A stretch of DNA of 64,000 nt from Oculina patagonica (Eukaryota): contig NC_135759.1 in NCBI RefSeq assembly GCF_052425735.1, positions 8,804,001 through 8,868,000 of the forward strand, given 5' to 3'. The notes beneath the pieces are model-generated. The model saw only the letters and a list, made by a program, of their open reading frames with translations. It searched no databases and was not told the origin of the DNA. Below, one piece after another: positions 24,231-60,875 of the stretch. Every line of letters starts with the position of its first letter. The first letter of the stretch is position 1. A program made the position numbers and the translations under genes.

Positions 24231-24779
24231 CAGAGAATGAGTAAAGCAGTTTCAACAACAAAGAGGACAGAAATCCAGCTATTTTAAGGACCCTGATTTC
24301 CAAAAGTAGCTGAAAGTGAAAGCCGTGGAGTCGTGTGTGACAGTTCGCGTGACGGCTTCCGCTGACCACTGGAAAGGCGCACCAAATCAAACCAGCTACA
24401 TGAAGTCCTACATGAACACCACACAAATGTGTTTCAAAAACATTCCAGTGAAGTACAAAAAGAATTCAATTTTTGTTTTCTCTTGTTGTTTTTTTTATTT
24501 GAAGTAATACAAGACGGCACTAAATCTTGGAGCTTTGGCGGTGGTTTGCTCGTGGCCCTCAAATGCACAACTTAGTACCTAAACAAAACCACATCGCCTC
24601 TTGGGCCTACCAGTACCCCGCCCAACCAAAAAAAAAGCCTGAAACGTGATGTGCTAAATTGCGTGGACAGTAATTAACCATAATATAAGAATAATAATTG
24701 ACCTTAATTTGTACACCGTGGTACATTCGTCACTTTTCTTTACCCTTGGATTTGAAGAGTAGTTTGTACCCTGTGTATA

Positions 24780-25123
24780 GCTAATATCTCCGAGCATTCC
24801 ACAGTAAGCACAGTACAACGGGCAAAGACCACACCACAACACCGATAAGTCCATGCCCTACTCTTTACGATGAGTGTGTGCGTTCTTTTAATTACGTCCC
24901 CTGCTGAACTTAACAATGAAGATACAGGAGACGGGGCCTGCGGTTTATCGTCCTTATCCGAGAAGACTAGAATATCAAACCATTTGCAGTTGTTATTGCA
25001 AAGGCAGCATATTCTTCTCACGTATTTTAAGACCTTGAGTGTTGGTCCGGTCTGCAGGGACTCGAACCCAAGACCTCCCGCATGGTATTCCGGCGCTCTA
25101 CCAACTGAGCTAACCGTCGGTGG
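24780..25123 (-). mobile_element. tRNA-derived SINE with Nin/Deu-type central domain
   Basis: The minus-strand head has TTAGCTCAGTTGGTAGAGCG (A box) and GGTTCGAGTCCC (B box). The core GGACGATAAACCGCAGGCCCCGTCTCC...GACGT..AAAGAAC..AAGAGTAGGG resembles the Nin/Deu conserved domain. Confidence 0.8.
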
Positions 25124-26376
25124 TGTAAAGTTAGAAGCTTGTAGGCCTGTGTATTTCCAAATTCATAAGGGTTGTTTTTTTTTTTTGTAAAGGTACGAAA
25201 ACGCGAGAACCCAGAGAAAAACATTTAAAGGAGATTCGAGTTTTGTTTTGGGCAGCTTGTTGCCCTTAACCGCCGGTAAATGATTGCATGAAAGATCTAT
25301 GTATTGGGAGAGTTTTGTACATTTTTGGGTGATCTTTGTGGATGTTTTGGAGGAAATTATTTTTATCGAAGCTAGGAGTTATTTAGATGAACCCTTAGTT
25401 AGATAGATAAGAAATAGTAAAGATTTAGTGTAGTTTTGAAATTTGAATTTGAAGTCAGAAATTAGTAGATGGACATCAAAACAGTCCCTGACAACTTGAG
25501 GTGCTCTTGCGTGGGGTCAACTGTCTGGTGGCTTTCTAAAAATAATTTTCTTTCTTCTTCCTGTCCTATTAAACCTCTTAAAGTTCATTCAAACTCAAAG
25601 TTACCCCCGCCTTGTATCTTGCAATTGGAGCCTGGGTAACTTGCCTTCGCTCGTGGCCATCAGACGCTAAACATCGTGACGTAACCACATCGCTCCTCGG
25701 GCCTCCCCCATATCCCTCCCTCCCCCCCCCCCTAAAAAAAATCCTTAGTTATAAATGTTACCCCAACACAGCTTACCCCTCCTCGTCTCCATAGAAAAGA
25801 AAATCGCATCCAGAATCGAAGAAGACAGCTGTAAGCCTTGTTGAAAATTATATTTTATTTTCAGAACGTTTTGTTCCTTGTTATTATTCAATATTTAGAC
25901 TAAGCAATTATTTTTTGTCGGATCGCGATTTTAAAGTCGTCTTGCTTGTCATTTGAGAAAGATGGCGGTAAACAATCGACATTTTTAATTCGTCAACGTC
26001 ATTTGATATCCTTTTAACGTGAAACGTGAGATGACTGTCTTTGTCTTATCCCGTGAAACGTGATGTGTTAAAAAGTGTGGGCCGTAATTTGCCATAATAT
26101 AAATTAAATTACGTTTGTTGTGTCAATAAAACATCACGCTATTGAGGCCATGTATTCCTAATCAAATTGAAATTTAGAAGGGTTTTTGTTTGTAAATGGA
26201 AGAAGGCCAGAGAACCCGCCGAAAAAAATTAAAAGAGAACCTATTTTTGTTTGCCGCTAAATGACCGTCCTAAATGGACCGTATTTCACTCAACCATGAA
26301 AGATCAAAAACTATTGTAGTTAAAATGTCAAATGTTCATTATACAGACAAAAACTTTGATAAAAAAGCATGAATGG

Positions 26377-27444
26377 TCAAGTCGATTTAAACTCTTTAAG
26401 TTCAATGCTCGATGAATCTGAAATATCAACTCTTCTATTACGCAAAAATCTTCCTTCATGTCCCCAAGCAGTTTTTTGTTGCGTTGAGAGTGAGACTGAT
26501 TCATGGCAAGGAAATTTCATTTTCCCTCTGAAAAACTGCCAACAGTCAATAAATGTTGCTCGATACTTTGGCAATCTCCAGGCATAGATAAAAGGATTGA
26601 GCGCTGAATTAATGAACAAAAACCTAGACAACGCGACATCAATCTTGTGGAAAGTTATCGAGTCTTGACAGGGTTGGCAAAAGTATAGCAAATGAAGCGT
26701 GATGTATTGAGGCATATATGTGATAAAGAACAGAGATAGAATTATGATAATCGTAACAGCCATATTTCGCTTCCTTTCCAAAGATTTACTTGCAATCGAG
26801 TCATACCCTCCAAGCTCAAGTTCTCGAGTTCGTCTCGCAAGAGCGCGAAACACGTTAACGTAGATTAACGTCAACAAGATGGCGGGCAGCGAGGCGTGGG
26901 TGTGCAGATAAATTAACGTGTATGTCTTCTCAGATATACTCGTCACAGGAAGAACGCATGTCGTTAAAGATATCACCCATAAGACAGAAATAAGAATCTT
27001 GATTCTTCTCTTCGTTATGATGGATTTATATTCCATTGGCTTGCTGATAGCGATATAACAAGTCATTGACAAAGCAATTATGGAATTACTGCTAACGAAA
27101 AGAGTTGTGCTTAGAACGGTGTACATAATTGCCTTAAACACCACAACGTAAGGCATATGAACAAGTCGAGATCGATACACATCCCTCAGAGCCACAAGAA
27201 AAACGTTGAACAGTCCCAGGAGTAAATCTGATGCGCTTAAATTCGTGATCAAAAAGGATGGCGGTGTACGAAGTGATCTTCGTGGATCTTTGTAAGTGGT
27301 GAAGAGCAGAAGTGAGTTTCCTACGATAATAACAGCAGTTAAAATGAATCCCACCACTGCTAAACTCAGCCAATATGCCTTGTCATCAATAATCGTCAAA
27401 TAAAAATCGTAGTTCGGATCAGTTGAGTTTGTTAAAGTCATCAT
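26377..27444 (-). CDS. Intronless rhodopsin-like (class A) GPCR, 355 aa, orphan
   Basis: Seven hydrophobic helices; GN in TM1, NLSASDLL in TM2, W in TM4, FFITYMP in TM6, NSALNPFIY in TM7, helix 8 YRATF; N-terminal NST sequon. Confidence 0.93.
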   Translation of the reverse strand: MMTLTNSTDPNYDFYLTIIDDKAYWLSLAVVGFILTAVIIVGNSLLLFTTYKDPRRSLRTPPSFLITNLSASDLLLGLFNVFLVALRDVYRSRLVHMPYVVVFKAIMYTVLSTTLFVSSNSIIALSMTCYIAISKPMEYKSIITKRRIKILISVLWVISLTTCVLPVTSISEKTYTLIYLHTHASLPAILLTLIYVNVFRALARRTRELELGGYDSIASKSLERKRNMAVTIIIILSLFFITYMPQYITLHLLYFCQPCQDSITFHKIDVALSRFLFINSALNPFIYAWRLPKYRATFIDCWQFFRGKMKFPCHESVSLSTQQKTAWGHEGRFLRNRRVDISDSSSIELKEFKST

Positions 27445-28435
27445 AAAGAAAGTGGATTTAAACTACAGAATTCGAAATGGATTGCTGTCCAAACTTCCAA
27501 GTCTTAGTTGAAACTCGGAAAAATAACTCCTGCCCTACCTCACAACAGAACTAAGAATAGCATTTCCACTCCTTGTTCATGTATTATTATTGATAATTAA
27601 AGTCACAGCATATCCAAAAGTCTTATTAGTTAATTGTCCATGGCAGCTGTCTTTCAGCTAAAGTAGATCTGTCTCTTCGACCAATCTGATTTTACTTCCT
27701 CTTGTCAGAATAAAAGAACAGATATATTGCGATTAATCTCATACTGGTAAAAATGCTAAAATAATTGCTACATCATCTAAAATCCAGTTCAATATTCACA
27801 GAGTTAAATCCCTCCTCAGTCATACAGTTTTGCAAGGTCTTTGGCAAAAATTTTGCCACAATTTTCCATATGCAATTTTTTTAATTCCAAATGACAGTTT
27901 GTCAAAAAATAACCAGAATAGTTTAATTATCCTGGTAGTCTTTTGAATTTGAATAATCAATTTAAAAAAAAAAAAAACGTTTTGACTAACATACACCATA
28001 CAGCTGAAAATGTTTGAAAATTTTGAATAATTTTGAAAATGGTTCTGTAAGGGTGTGTTTCAGGCAAAATGTAAAAAGAAATCATATTTACTCATATTCC
28101 TTAACAGCATGTACATCAGTGTATGCAAGAACAAGCGAAATATTATTATTTGCACTTTCGTCTTATTCACCAGCAACTGGTGAGCGAACAAAAAATGCCA
28201 AAGCTTCCTGTCATCGTTTTTTCTTCATTTTTTACACCCGCTTTTAGTAATACGTGCATAGCGACTATCTTCCGATATCCATCTTTCAAAATAACGTCAA
28301 ACAAGACAGATCGAAATCCGCCAATCACAGCCCACTAGCATAACCTTCGGAACTTGTGGGCTCATTTGCATGAATTAGAAACACCGGTATGCATCGGTTT
28401 TGATTGGCCCATCTCAAACAGCACGTCGCAAGACG

Positions 28436-29598
28436 GATGTAGAAAGAAACAGACAGAAGAATTATGATGAAACGATCAAAAAAATAGAAAGTGTAGTCGA
28501 ATCATGGCAATTTAGGAGGCTCAGTTTAATCAGAAAAATTACCATCATAAAAAAGTCTCCTGTTTTCCCAACTGACCTATATTTGAACGCCGCTAACCAC
28601 CTCCGTAAAGGCATTTCAAAATAAATTGTTCTTCGATTTTCTCTGGGATGGTAGAGGAGATAAGATTAAAAGGATTTTCATAACGAAAGATTTCAAGGAG
28701 GGCGGCTTGAAAATGATTGATATAAGCAAGATAAATCAATCTCTCAAAGTCTTCTGGATCCAAAAATACCTTGATCCGACAAATCATGGGAAATGGAAAT
28801 TTGTTTTCGAGGACAGTCTTAAAAAAACATGGAGGAAAGGGATATTTTCACCTGCAATCTTCACAAAGACGACATCCCCACGTTAGGGGTCTGTAACTCT
28901 TTCGTCCCGTGAGAGTACTGGAAGCCCAGTGGGCAGAGTTACATTTTACGGATGTCATTGACATCACTGATGTAAATGTTGGTGACCAGATCATCGATAT
29001 CTGGTCAAGTACAATTCTCTTATTCGAATAAACGATCGACCCGTTTTCCATAAACATTGGTTGAACCACGGAATTTGCAAAATTTCCCACTTATTGGACA
29101 AGAATGGCACCCTGCTTAGGTACGACGAGTTGAGGATTAAATTCCCCGAGCTAAAATGGTTGGAATCGTTTGCTGTTCTTTCAGCTATAAGGTCCTTTAT
29201 AAGGAAGCTACATAATTCTCAAACGCCAGGCAAGAACATTGTGAAAGGAGTATCTTGCTGAACTTACCTCTAAGAGTATAAGGTCAATCATTTTGTGTAT
29301 ACCTCTCTTCTAAAGAGAGAAAAAATCCCACCCATTGGAAGCCAGGTAAAATGGCTGAGAGACCTTCATGTTCAGAACGACTGTGATGTAGACTGGAAAG
29401 TAGCATACACAATTGCTTTTAATTGTACGGCGTCCACTAAATTAAGAACCTAGCTTCCATTTTAAATTCTTACATCGGAGGATTGCCACGAGTGATTTTC
29501 TGCAGAGAGTCAATCATCAAATGAATGTTGCTTCTGTGAACAAGAAACAGAGACAATCATCCATCTTTTCTTGACCTGTCCCATAACTGATTGGTCTA
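28436..29598 (+). mobile_element. Degenerate Tx1/L1-clade LINE ORF2 3' fragment
   Basis: Frameshifted pieces: W.FRRLSLI.KITIIK, FLWDGRGDKIKR...EGGLKMIDI...SLKVFWIQKYL, and a C-terminal zinc finger CCFCEQETETIIHLFLTCP. Confidence 0.85.
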
Positions 29599-29602
29599 TT
29601 AA

Positions 29603-30209
29603 CCCTCCGACGTACAAAAGGGTGAGGGGTGGATGCCACCCTCCCCCCCCCCAATAATGTTTCTTTCGAAATTTTGAAAAGAGGATTTACTCTAAAATGT
29701 TGAAATTTACAGTAGCTGTTCAATCATCCCCTACGGAAATTTTTATATGTCAAACATTGTGTCTATATCATTTGACGTTGCCATGGCAACGTCATAATTA
29801 CAAGCCGATCTTGCCAAAAATCGTCATTTGTAACCTTTTTTTTCTTTATTTTTCCAGACTTTTTTGAAACAAAATCGTACGATTTGTTTATTTTTACCGC
29901 ATTTCATAAGCATTATGTCTTGATTTTTGCATCAATTTACGTTATTTTCTGACTTTCTTAGAAAATGGTGAAATTCAAGGTAACGGATCCAGGATGGCGG
30001 CTCTAATGACGTCATGTGATGCAATGTGATAACACAGACAACAAAAAATTACGTCATCTTGTAGAGCAAGCTAGGGGCTTTTTATACAGTGTAAAATTAT
30101 TTTGCTATGCCTTAATAGAGCGAAAACCCTAGGGCTGAGGGGGGGGGGGGTCCATCCACTCCCCTTTTGTACGGAGGTGGGGGTATGAATTTTCTTGTAC
30201 GTCCGAGGG
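29603..30209. mobile_element. piggyBac-like MITE
   Basis: TTAA|CCCTCCGACGTACAA ... TTGTACGTCCGAGGG|TTAA. Confidence 0.85.
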
Positions 30210-30990
30210 TTAATACTTTGAAGAGTTTTCCAGTTTATTTCACGTACACTGGCTATTAGGCGTCCTTAATACATATCTTATCGAAGGTTTTCAGCTCGAT
30301 AGCATCTCCTGTCTTTAATTTGAATTTCGGAGTTTTTCGTCACACGACATCAAAATGGCCTCCTGAAGGCTGTCACGTATACGCGTATGCTTTACTGAAA
30401 ATGCATCATCCTGTTATTTTTAACAATCTAAACAGTTGAGGTTTTACGAGAAGTGTTTATGTAAATGTTTACGTGTTCATGAAGGTGAATTGATTGCTTT
30501 TTATAGCAGAAGTAAATGCCAGATGTTTTCATTGATTTCCAAAGGCTATGTTGGAGCCCCTTCACACGGACTCCAGCATGGTTTCTCCATACTGTGCTCT
30601 CTAAATTTGTGTGAAACATTTTGAAGGATAACTCAAGTACGGAATACCGCACATACCTGAGACTTTGACTATCTAGTAATTTTCTACAACCTGTAATATT
30701 CTTGATTTTAGCAGCGCGCGACAGTAGCGTTACTAGCGTGACTGTGAAAACCAGCAATTGTTTACGCAAATTTTCAAAATCCCAGTCCCAGACTTTCTAT
30801 TGTTTTACTCTCTGTGATTCCTACTCCCAGTGACCCGAATCCCACTTTCCCAATGAAAATTCCCAAATCCCAGTTCCATTTTGCCCCTACAGAGTAAATC
30901 GGAAATGATTAACGCAAATGGACTTTTCATACCACATACATGACAACATTTTCGTTTGCACGGCGCAGGGGCTGATGGGAGTAGTGTATT

Positions 30991-31028
30991 AACCAATCAC
31001 AAGCGGGCTGCATATATTCGCGCCAAAA
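30991..31028 (+). promoter_or_regulatory. Putative SMC3 promoter: CCAAT box plus E2F-type site
   Basis: CCAAT at 30993-30997 and TTCGCGCCAAA at 31017-31027, about 100-130 bp upstream of the SMC3 ATG. Confidence 0.45.
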
Positions 31029-31125
31029 TGTGTCCTTGTTGTGTTCCGCCATAGTTTTTCCTCAGCATTGCATGTAGTTTTTCATAATATTTTGCTTTTT
31101 GAAGCCTTGATACAAGAGAAGAGTT

Positions 31126-55802
<24,677 letters not shown>

Positions 55803-56309
55803 ATACACTTCAGTGGTGCTTACTTGACGACAGAAGTTGATATCAACATGCCTAAGAGTCTTCGCTTTGGTCTTTTGGCATAGTCAGACATTTTAACTTC
55901 GTGTATGTACACAACAAAAGTGCTTTTATCGCCGAGATTATCAGATTTGTGAACACATTATATACATGGTTATTCGAAAGTTCGGTGCCCTTAAACAGTA
56001 TTATTGAAAAGTGGCAATTGTTATATCAGAATTATACGTTTATAGTGCAATGTTACTATTCACCTTTGTCAATAAAACCGAGATTTGAAACTTATCTGTG
56101 TTTTAACATCAGTGGCATAAAGCAAAACATGCAGTCGGACGCTCGGGAATTGGCTTTGCGTACAGCGGTTGCATGCATACAACGGTACAAAATGCGCTGA
56201 GCAAGATAACAAGCTTTTTATTACTAACGTACTGGGACATACAAAACAGAGGGAAGTTAAATTAAAATCACTTTGTCATGAAGGCTGTTTAGTGTTCGCA
56301 GTACAATTA

Positions 56310-56490
56310 AGGCCCATCCTCACGTACCCGGGTATATTTGAAAACGTATCTTTTTTCCCCGGTTAGGCCAACCGTCCACACTTAAACGGCGTTTTCGGTC
56401 ACCGAAAACGGAGCTTTTCAAAAACGCTCACCAATGAAGCGCATCGTTTTCAAGTTTACCCGGGTTAATGTGGACGTGGACGGGGCCTTA
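56310..56490. mobile_element. Harbinger-like MITE
   Basis: TTAAGGCCCATCCTCACG ... CGTGGACGGGGCCTTA inverted ends with internal GAAAACG motifs. Confidence 0.55.
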
Positions 56491-57965
56491 TATTAGCAAC
56501 TGGGCGTCAAAAAACACGGAAAAGGTCGCGAACCGATTTCACAACTGGTTTTACTCTTACACCTGAGCATTAAACCAGTAAACAGCGCAGAAAACGCAAA
56601 CTTAAAAAATACAGGTTCCTCTCAGAAGTTAGCGGTAAACAGCAAAACCAAAGAATGCCAACTTTAAAAAAAAGTTATTGAGGCATTTGCAAAATACGAG
56701 AAAAACCAAGGGGACTTTGCTGCAAAATAGGTATAGTTATTCGGAACGCGGTGTTTTTATAAGCACAAAACGTTTTATGTTTTTGACAAGAAGAAAATTG
56801 ACTTTTTTATAGGCATTGTCATAGCTACACCGTGCATACGAGATCTAGGAAACAGCTTAACTGCGGCTGGTAGTTGTTAAAAGCCTCTCAATCAAAAGAA
56901 GGCTTGTGGATTACGCTAAGCTTGGAAACGCCACTTTGGTATTAACATCTACCGTACACGCTTCATTCGCGGATTTATGGGCTTATCCCAATAATGGCTC
57001 ACAATGTTTTTTGTCAGTTTGTCTTTGAAAGGGCCTTCGTTACTTTTATGTAGCAATGAAAACTCTTTGAAGATAGCCTAGACCAGAAGGTCTATAAAAT
57101 TCCCCAAACGAAAAGCGCGCTTTTATTGGTTAATTGGTTACGAGACGTTTCTTAGCACGGCTTTCATAGATTAAAATTTTCATCATATGCATATATTAAC
57201 AGAACTTTCTTCAGATTATGCGCGCAAAAAGCACAGAATGAACAAAGAAGGCCTATTTTTAATGAGTACAAATAAAACGTAAATCAAGCTTTTTAGTATT
57301 GGTGTTAACTTGCTAGATGTGAATTAATATAAGACGTCGAAAACTAACTAATGATTCACATTTTGGTGGAAGGATATTTTCCACACATTATCTCAATTTA
57401 ATGCGTGAATCAGCGAAGACTCAATCATATGCAAAAAAGATGGTTAGCAAAATTGGGAAGAGTGTCAAATTTTGTTAAATATTTTATATCTTTGGTTTTC
57501 TAGTTACAAAGACGCGAAAACCGAACGTTGTTTCTTAAATATAAACTATCGCTGAATATAAATTTTACCGGTAGAAAAAAAATATAAAAGAGAAATTCGT
57601 TTGGTGTTTATATTCGTGGTTTGAAAATAAAATAACTGCGTACATTTCAGCTGTCATTTTTATGCTAGCCCTTTGTGGCGAAATGTTGATTTATTCGAGG
57701 GCTAGCCATGAAATAATGATATGACGCTACTCAAGATATAGCCCTGGGAAGTATTTAATGCAACCTCAACCAATCAGGTGGCCCGCAAGCCACCTGCGTG
57801 GAGAAAAATTTGCACAAAATAAGATCGTTTTGCCAAACCATCATAACATTTGCAAAGCTATGCCGCATGGCCCAGCTGACCGAAAGCCATAAAAAATCCC
57901 AGCTCTGTGTCACGAATTTTGGATTTGTAACCGTCGGCGCTTTTCAAGAAAACGAGAAAAAAGAA

Positions 57966-58979
57966 ATGGCGGATATACTTCAGAAGATTGGCGAAGACAA
58001 AGAAAAATCGACCGCTTTAGAAGATGCTTTTAAATCTTGCAGACATCCTGATTCACTGAGCATGTCATTTCTCGCCGCCGACATCGGAGTAACACAAGAA
58101 GAAATTGAGGTAATTTCAAGCACAATCATGTCTTGTTTTCTTTTTCCCCTTTTAGAAAAATCAACAGCCATATTTTTGAAGTATTGAGTTGTGTTAAAGA
58201 AATTTCGCTCTCGAAATGTAAAACATTGCGTTTGAACTTTTAAAGAAAAATTTAATATCGAATCGTTTCTTTACAACCGGCTGAATTATGCCACAATTAA
58301 TTACACTAGATACGGAAGTCTGTTCAAGACTGATATGTACTTTTCGTGCAATACCAAATATCAAACTTATTTGAAAAATGTTTGAGGCGAAAATACTTTT
58401 AAATCTTTATTCTGAAATACATTCCATAGATCGGAAATAAGCTTTCAAACCGATTTACTTCGAACTATATTAGTGCCTTTTTGTAAACAAACTGCCTAAA
58501 GTAGGATTTTTTTGTTTGACAATGTTTTCCTGATATATTGAGTGAAAATGTTTTATTGCTGAATAAATTTTACTACGCCGGAAGCCGAAAGTTGAAATTG
58601 AATTTAGCTCACACAGTTTGTCAAATCGTCAATATTAAAAATATTTCGTGCTGTTTTAAGTTTCGATGTAAAACTGTATTTCGCAATAATTAGCCATTTT
58701 CTGAGCTTTATGTATTTGTCTGAACGCATTTTGTCAAACTGAATATTTAATCTCTTTTAATTACACAGCATAAGGTATAATAATGCGATGGGCGGAACTT
58801 TTTTCTTATTTTTCTCAGCCTTCTCTTATTAAAATGTTCGTATTGAATTTAATTTTATTGCACTTTTTTAGAACTGGTTTGCAGCAAGATTGACAAAATG
58901 GAGGAAGGAAGAAGGATTTGTACCCATTGCAGAACGGGCGGCAATTTTAGCTCAAAACATGAATAAAAATGCTAAGTAA
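57966..58979 (+). CDS. HOPX: Homeodomain-only protein (HOPX-like), two exons 57966-58109 and 58872-58979, 83 aa
   Basis: Spliced product MADILQKIGEDKEKSTALEDAFKSCRHPDSLSMSFLAADIGVTQEEIE|NWFAARLTKWRKEEGFVPIAERAAILAQNMNKNAK*. It aligns to human HOPX (LEYNFNKVDKHPDSTTLCLIAAEAGLSEEETQKWFKQRLAKWRRSEG, recalled). Phase-0 GT-AG intron one codon before WF; CCAAT at ~57770. Confidence 0.88.
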
Positions 58980-59239
58980 TAGACAAATTGGTGACGGCCC
59001 GGAGGCAAAGGTACTTTGTAAATGGAAAAAGGATTGTGCAACCCTGGAATACGTACTTAGCAGAATTAAATTAGCGACAATGCAATAATTCACTACAGTC
59101 GCAAAATAACATTAAAAGCCATATACTTTCCCCCTAAAACAAGATTGTAACTCAAATGTTTGAGAGTTCGACTGCTGTAACTATGCTATGCCACTTAACC
59201 AATGAAATCCAATCTCATATTGCAAAGCAGAATATATAC

Positions 59240-59556
59240 TAGTTATGCAACGCTTTCGAGTGGTATACTATGGAATATCCCACGAGTCACTTGTATTTTC
59301 TCGGTATACACACGAGCCTTTATAATTAGGCGAGTGTGTATACCAAGAAAATACAAGTGACAAGTGGGATATTCCATAGTATTCCACGAGAAAGTGTTGT
59401 GTAACTATTTTATACCATGCCATAGAAAATACGCTTACTAAATTTCGTCGAGAATACAATCGCAGCGCACGATGGGAAGGTTGGGTTGAATACCGTCGAA
59501 TATACAACGGCTTTCCTGTATTCTGATTGGCTGTATTTTCTATGGCATGGTATAAA
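59240..59556. repeat. Two abutting hairpin/inverted-repeat modules (59240-59407 and 59409-59556)
   Basis: The first has ~80-bp arms around TTTATAATT. The second has TTTATACCATGCCATAGAAAATAC / GTATTTTCTATGGCATGGTATAAA arms. Confidence 0.8.
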
Positions 59557-60164
59557 TCATTTTAACTCAATTCCAAGTTGAAAGGCGATGAGCCGAAACA
59601 ACTGAGGTCTGATTTTTTTTGTAATTTTGCAATGGTGATTTATTTTCTATTGTTCAAGTGGTCCTGGTTCTTATTGCAGTCGCATTGCAATAGATTATTA
59701 TTTAACAATTGTATTCTATATTGAATGTCGACTTATCCGAGTATATTGTTTACGGGAAATTGTATTGAAAATAGGAATTATATTCTTATTCAAAAGTAGA
59801 TTTCTATAAACAGTGCAAATATAAAATTGCCATGTAATTTTCAATGAAAATGTTTGGGGTTAGGGCGCTGGCGCCTCTAGCTATGGAGACCCCTTTGTAT
59901 TCAGTCGAACGACAAAGACATAACATGCCAATATTAGTTATTTCATAACTGTAAGATGTAATATTTTCATGGAATGCAGTCATCTTGTTAAAAATCATAA
60001 CTTAGCGTTAAAATAAGCGGACTGTGATAAAGTAAAATGATGAAGTATGGTGATAAATAAAATGGATTTAAATGCTATGGTTGGTTTTTGTTTTCTTTGC
60101 TATTTTTTTTGTGTGTTCGTTTTCTCTTTCGGATAAAAATCGACCGGATCATGTTAGCATCCAC

Positions 60165-60322
60165 AGAGAGCAGGGATGGCGCTGAGGTGAGATAGAACGC
60201 TCCCCTCCCCCCAATGTGGCCCGGGTTCAAATCCCGGACCGACGTCATATGTTGGTTGAGTTTGTTGGTTCTCGTCCTTGCTCCGAGGGGTTTCTCCGGT
60301 TTTCCTCCCTCTACAAAAACCA
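60165..60322 (+). mobile_element. tRNA-derived SINE
   Basis: GAGAGCAGGGATGGCGC head, B box GGTTCAAATCCC, body GGTTTCTCCGGTTTTCCTCCCTC. Confidence 0.75.
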
Positions 60323-60875
60323 TGCAACACTTTTTTTTAATATATACAACAGAGGCGCACTCATACTTACAAAATAAGAGCACTACTTACAACAAGAATG
60401 TGTGCACTTTATTTTATAAATGGACGTTACTTACAATACGGCACTAACACTAACGATGCGTATACAATACTTACGATCAGTCAAACGATCAGTCAAACCT
60501 CTTTCGCCGGGGATCTAGATTTTGTCCGTAAGAGCGAGTGTCCGCAATAGCAGGGTGTCCGCAAGGCGAGAGTTGACTGTAGATGTAACCTTTGCCGTGG
60601 AAGCTAAGATCTTTATTGAACCCATAAATTAGATCTTGTTCTGAATTCCAATTCGATCGAGAATCCACGGCCCTACAAGCTTCTGACTTTAAACACAACC
60701 ATGTATAAATAAAGGTTGTTTATTTACTTTTATTTTTTCGCATTTATAACAGCTTTCCATATTTTTTTAAACTACGTTTGAATGAAGGCAATTAATCATT
60801 GTTTACTGTGTTACACATAGGAGTAGAAACAATTATTTTTTAGAAGACTGATAAGCAGAACCGTTCAGCTAAACC

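Noticed and set aside
57798-58187. 129-aa single-exon ORF as given in the ORF track
   Set aside because: It begins at GTG and reads through the donor at 58110; the supported product is the spliced HOPX-like protein from ATG 57966.
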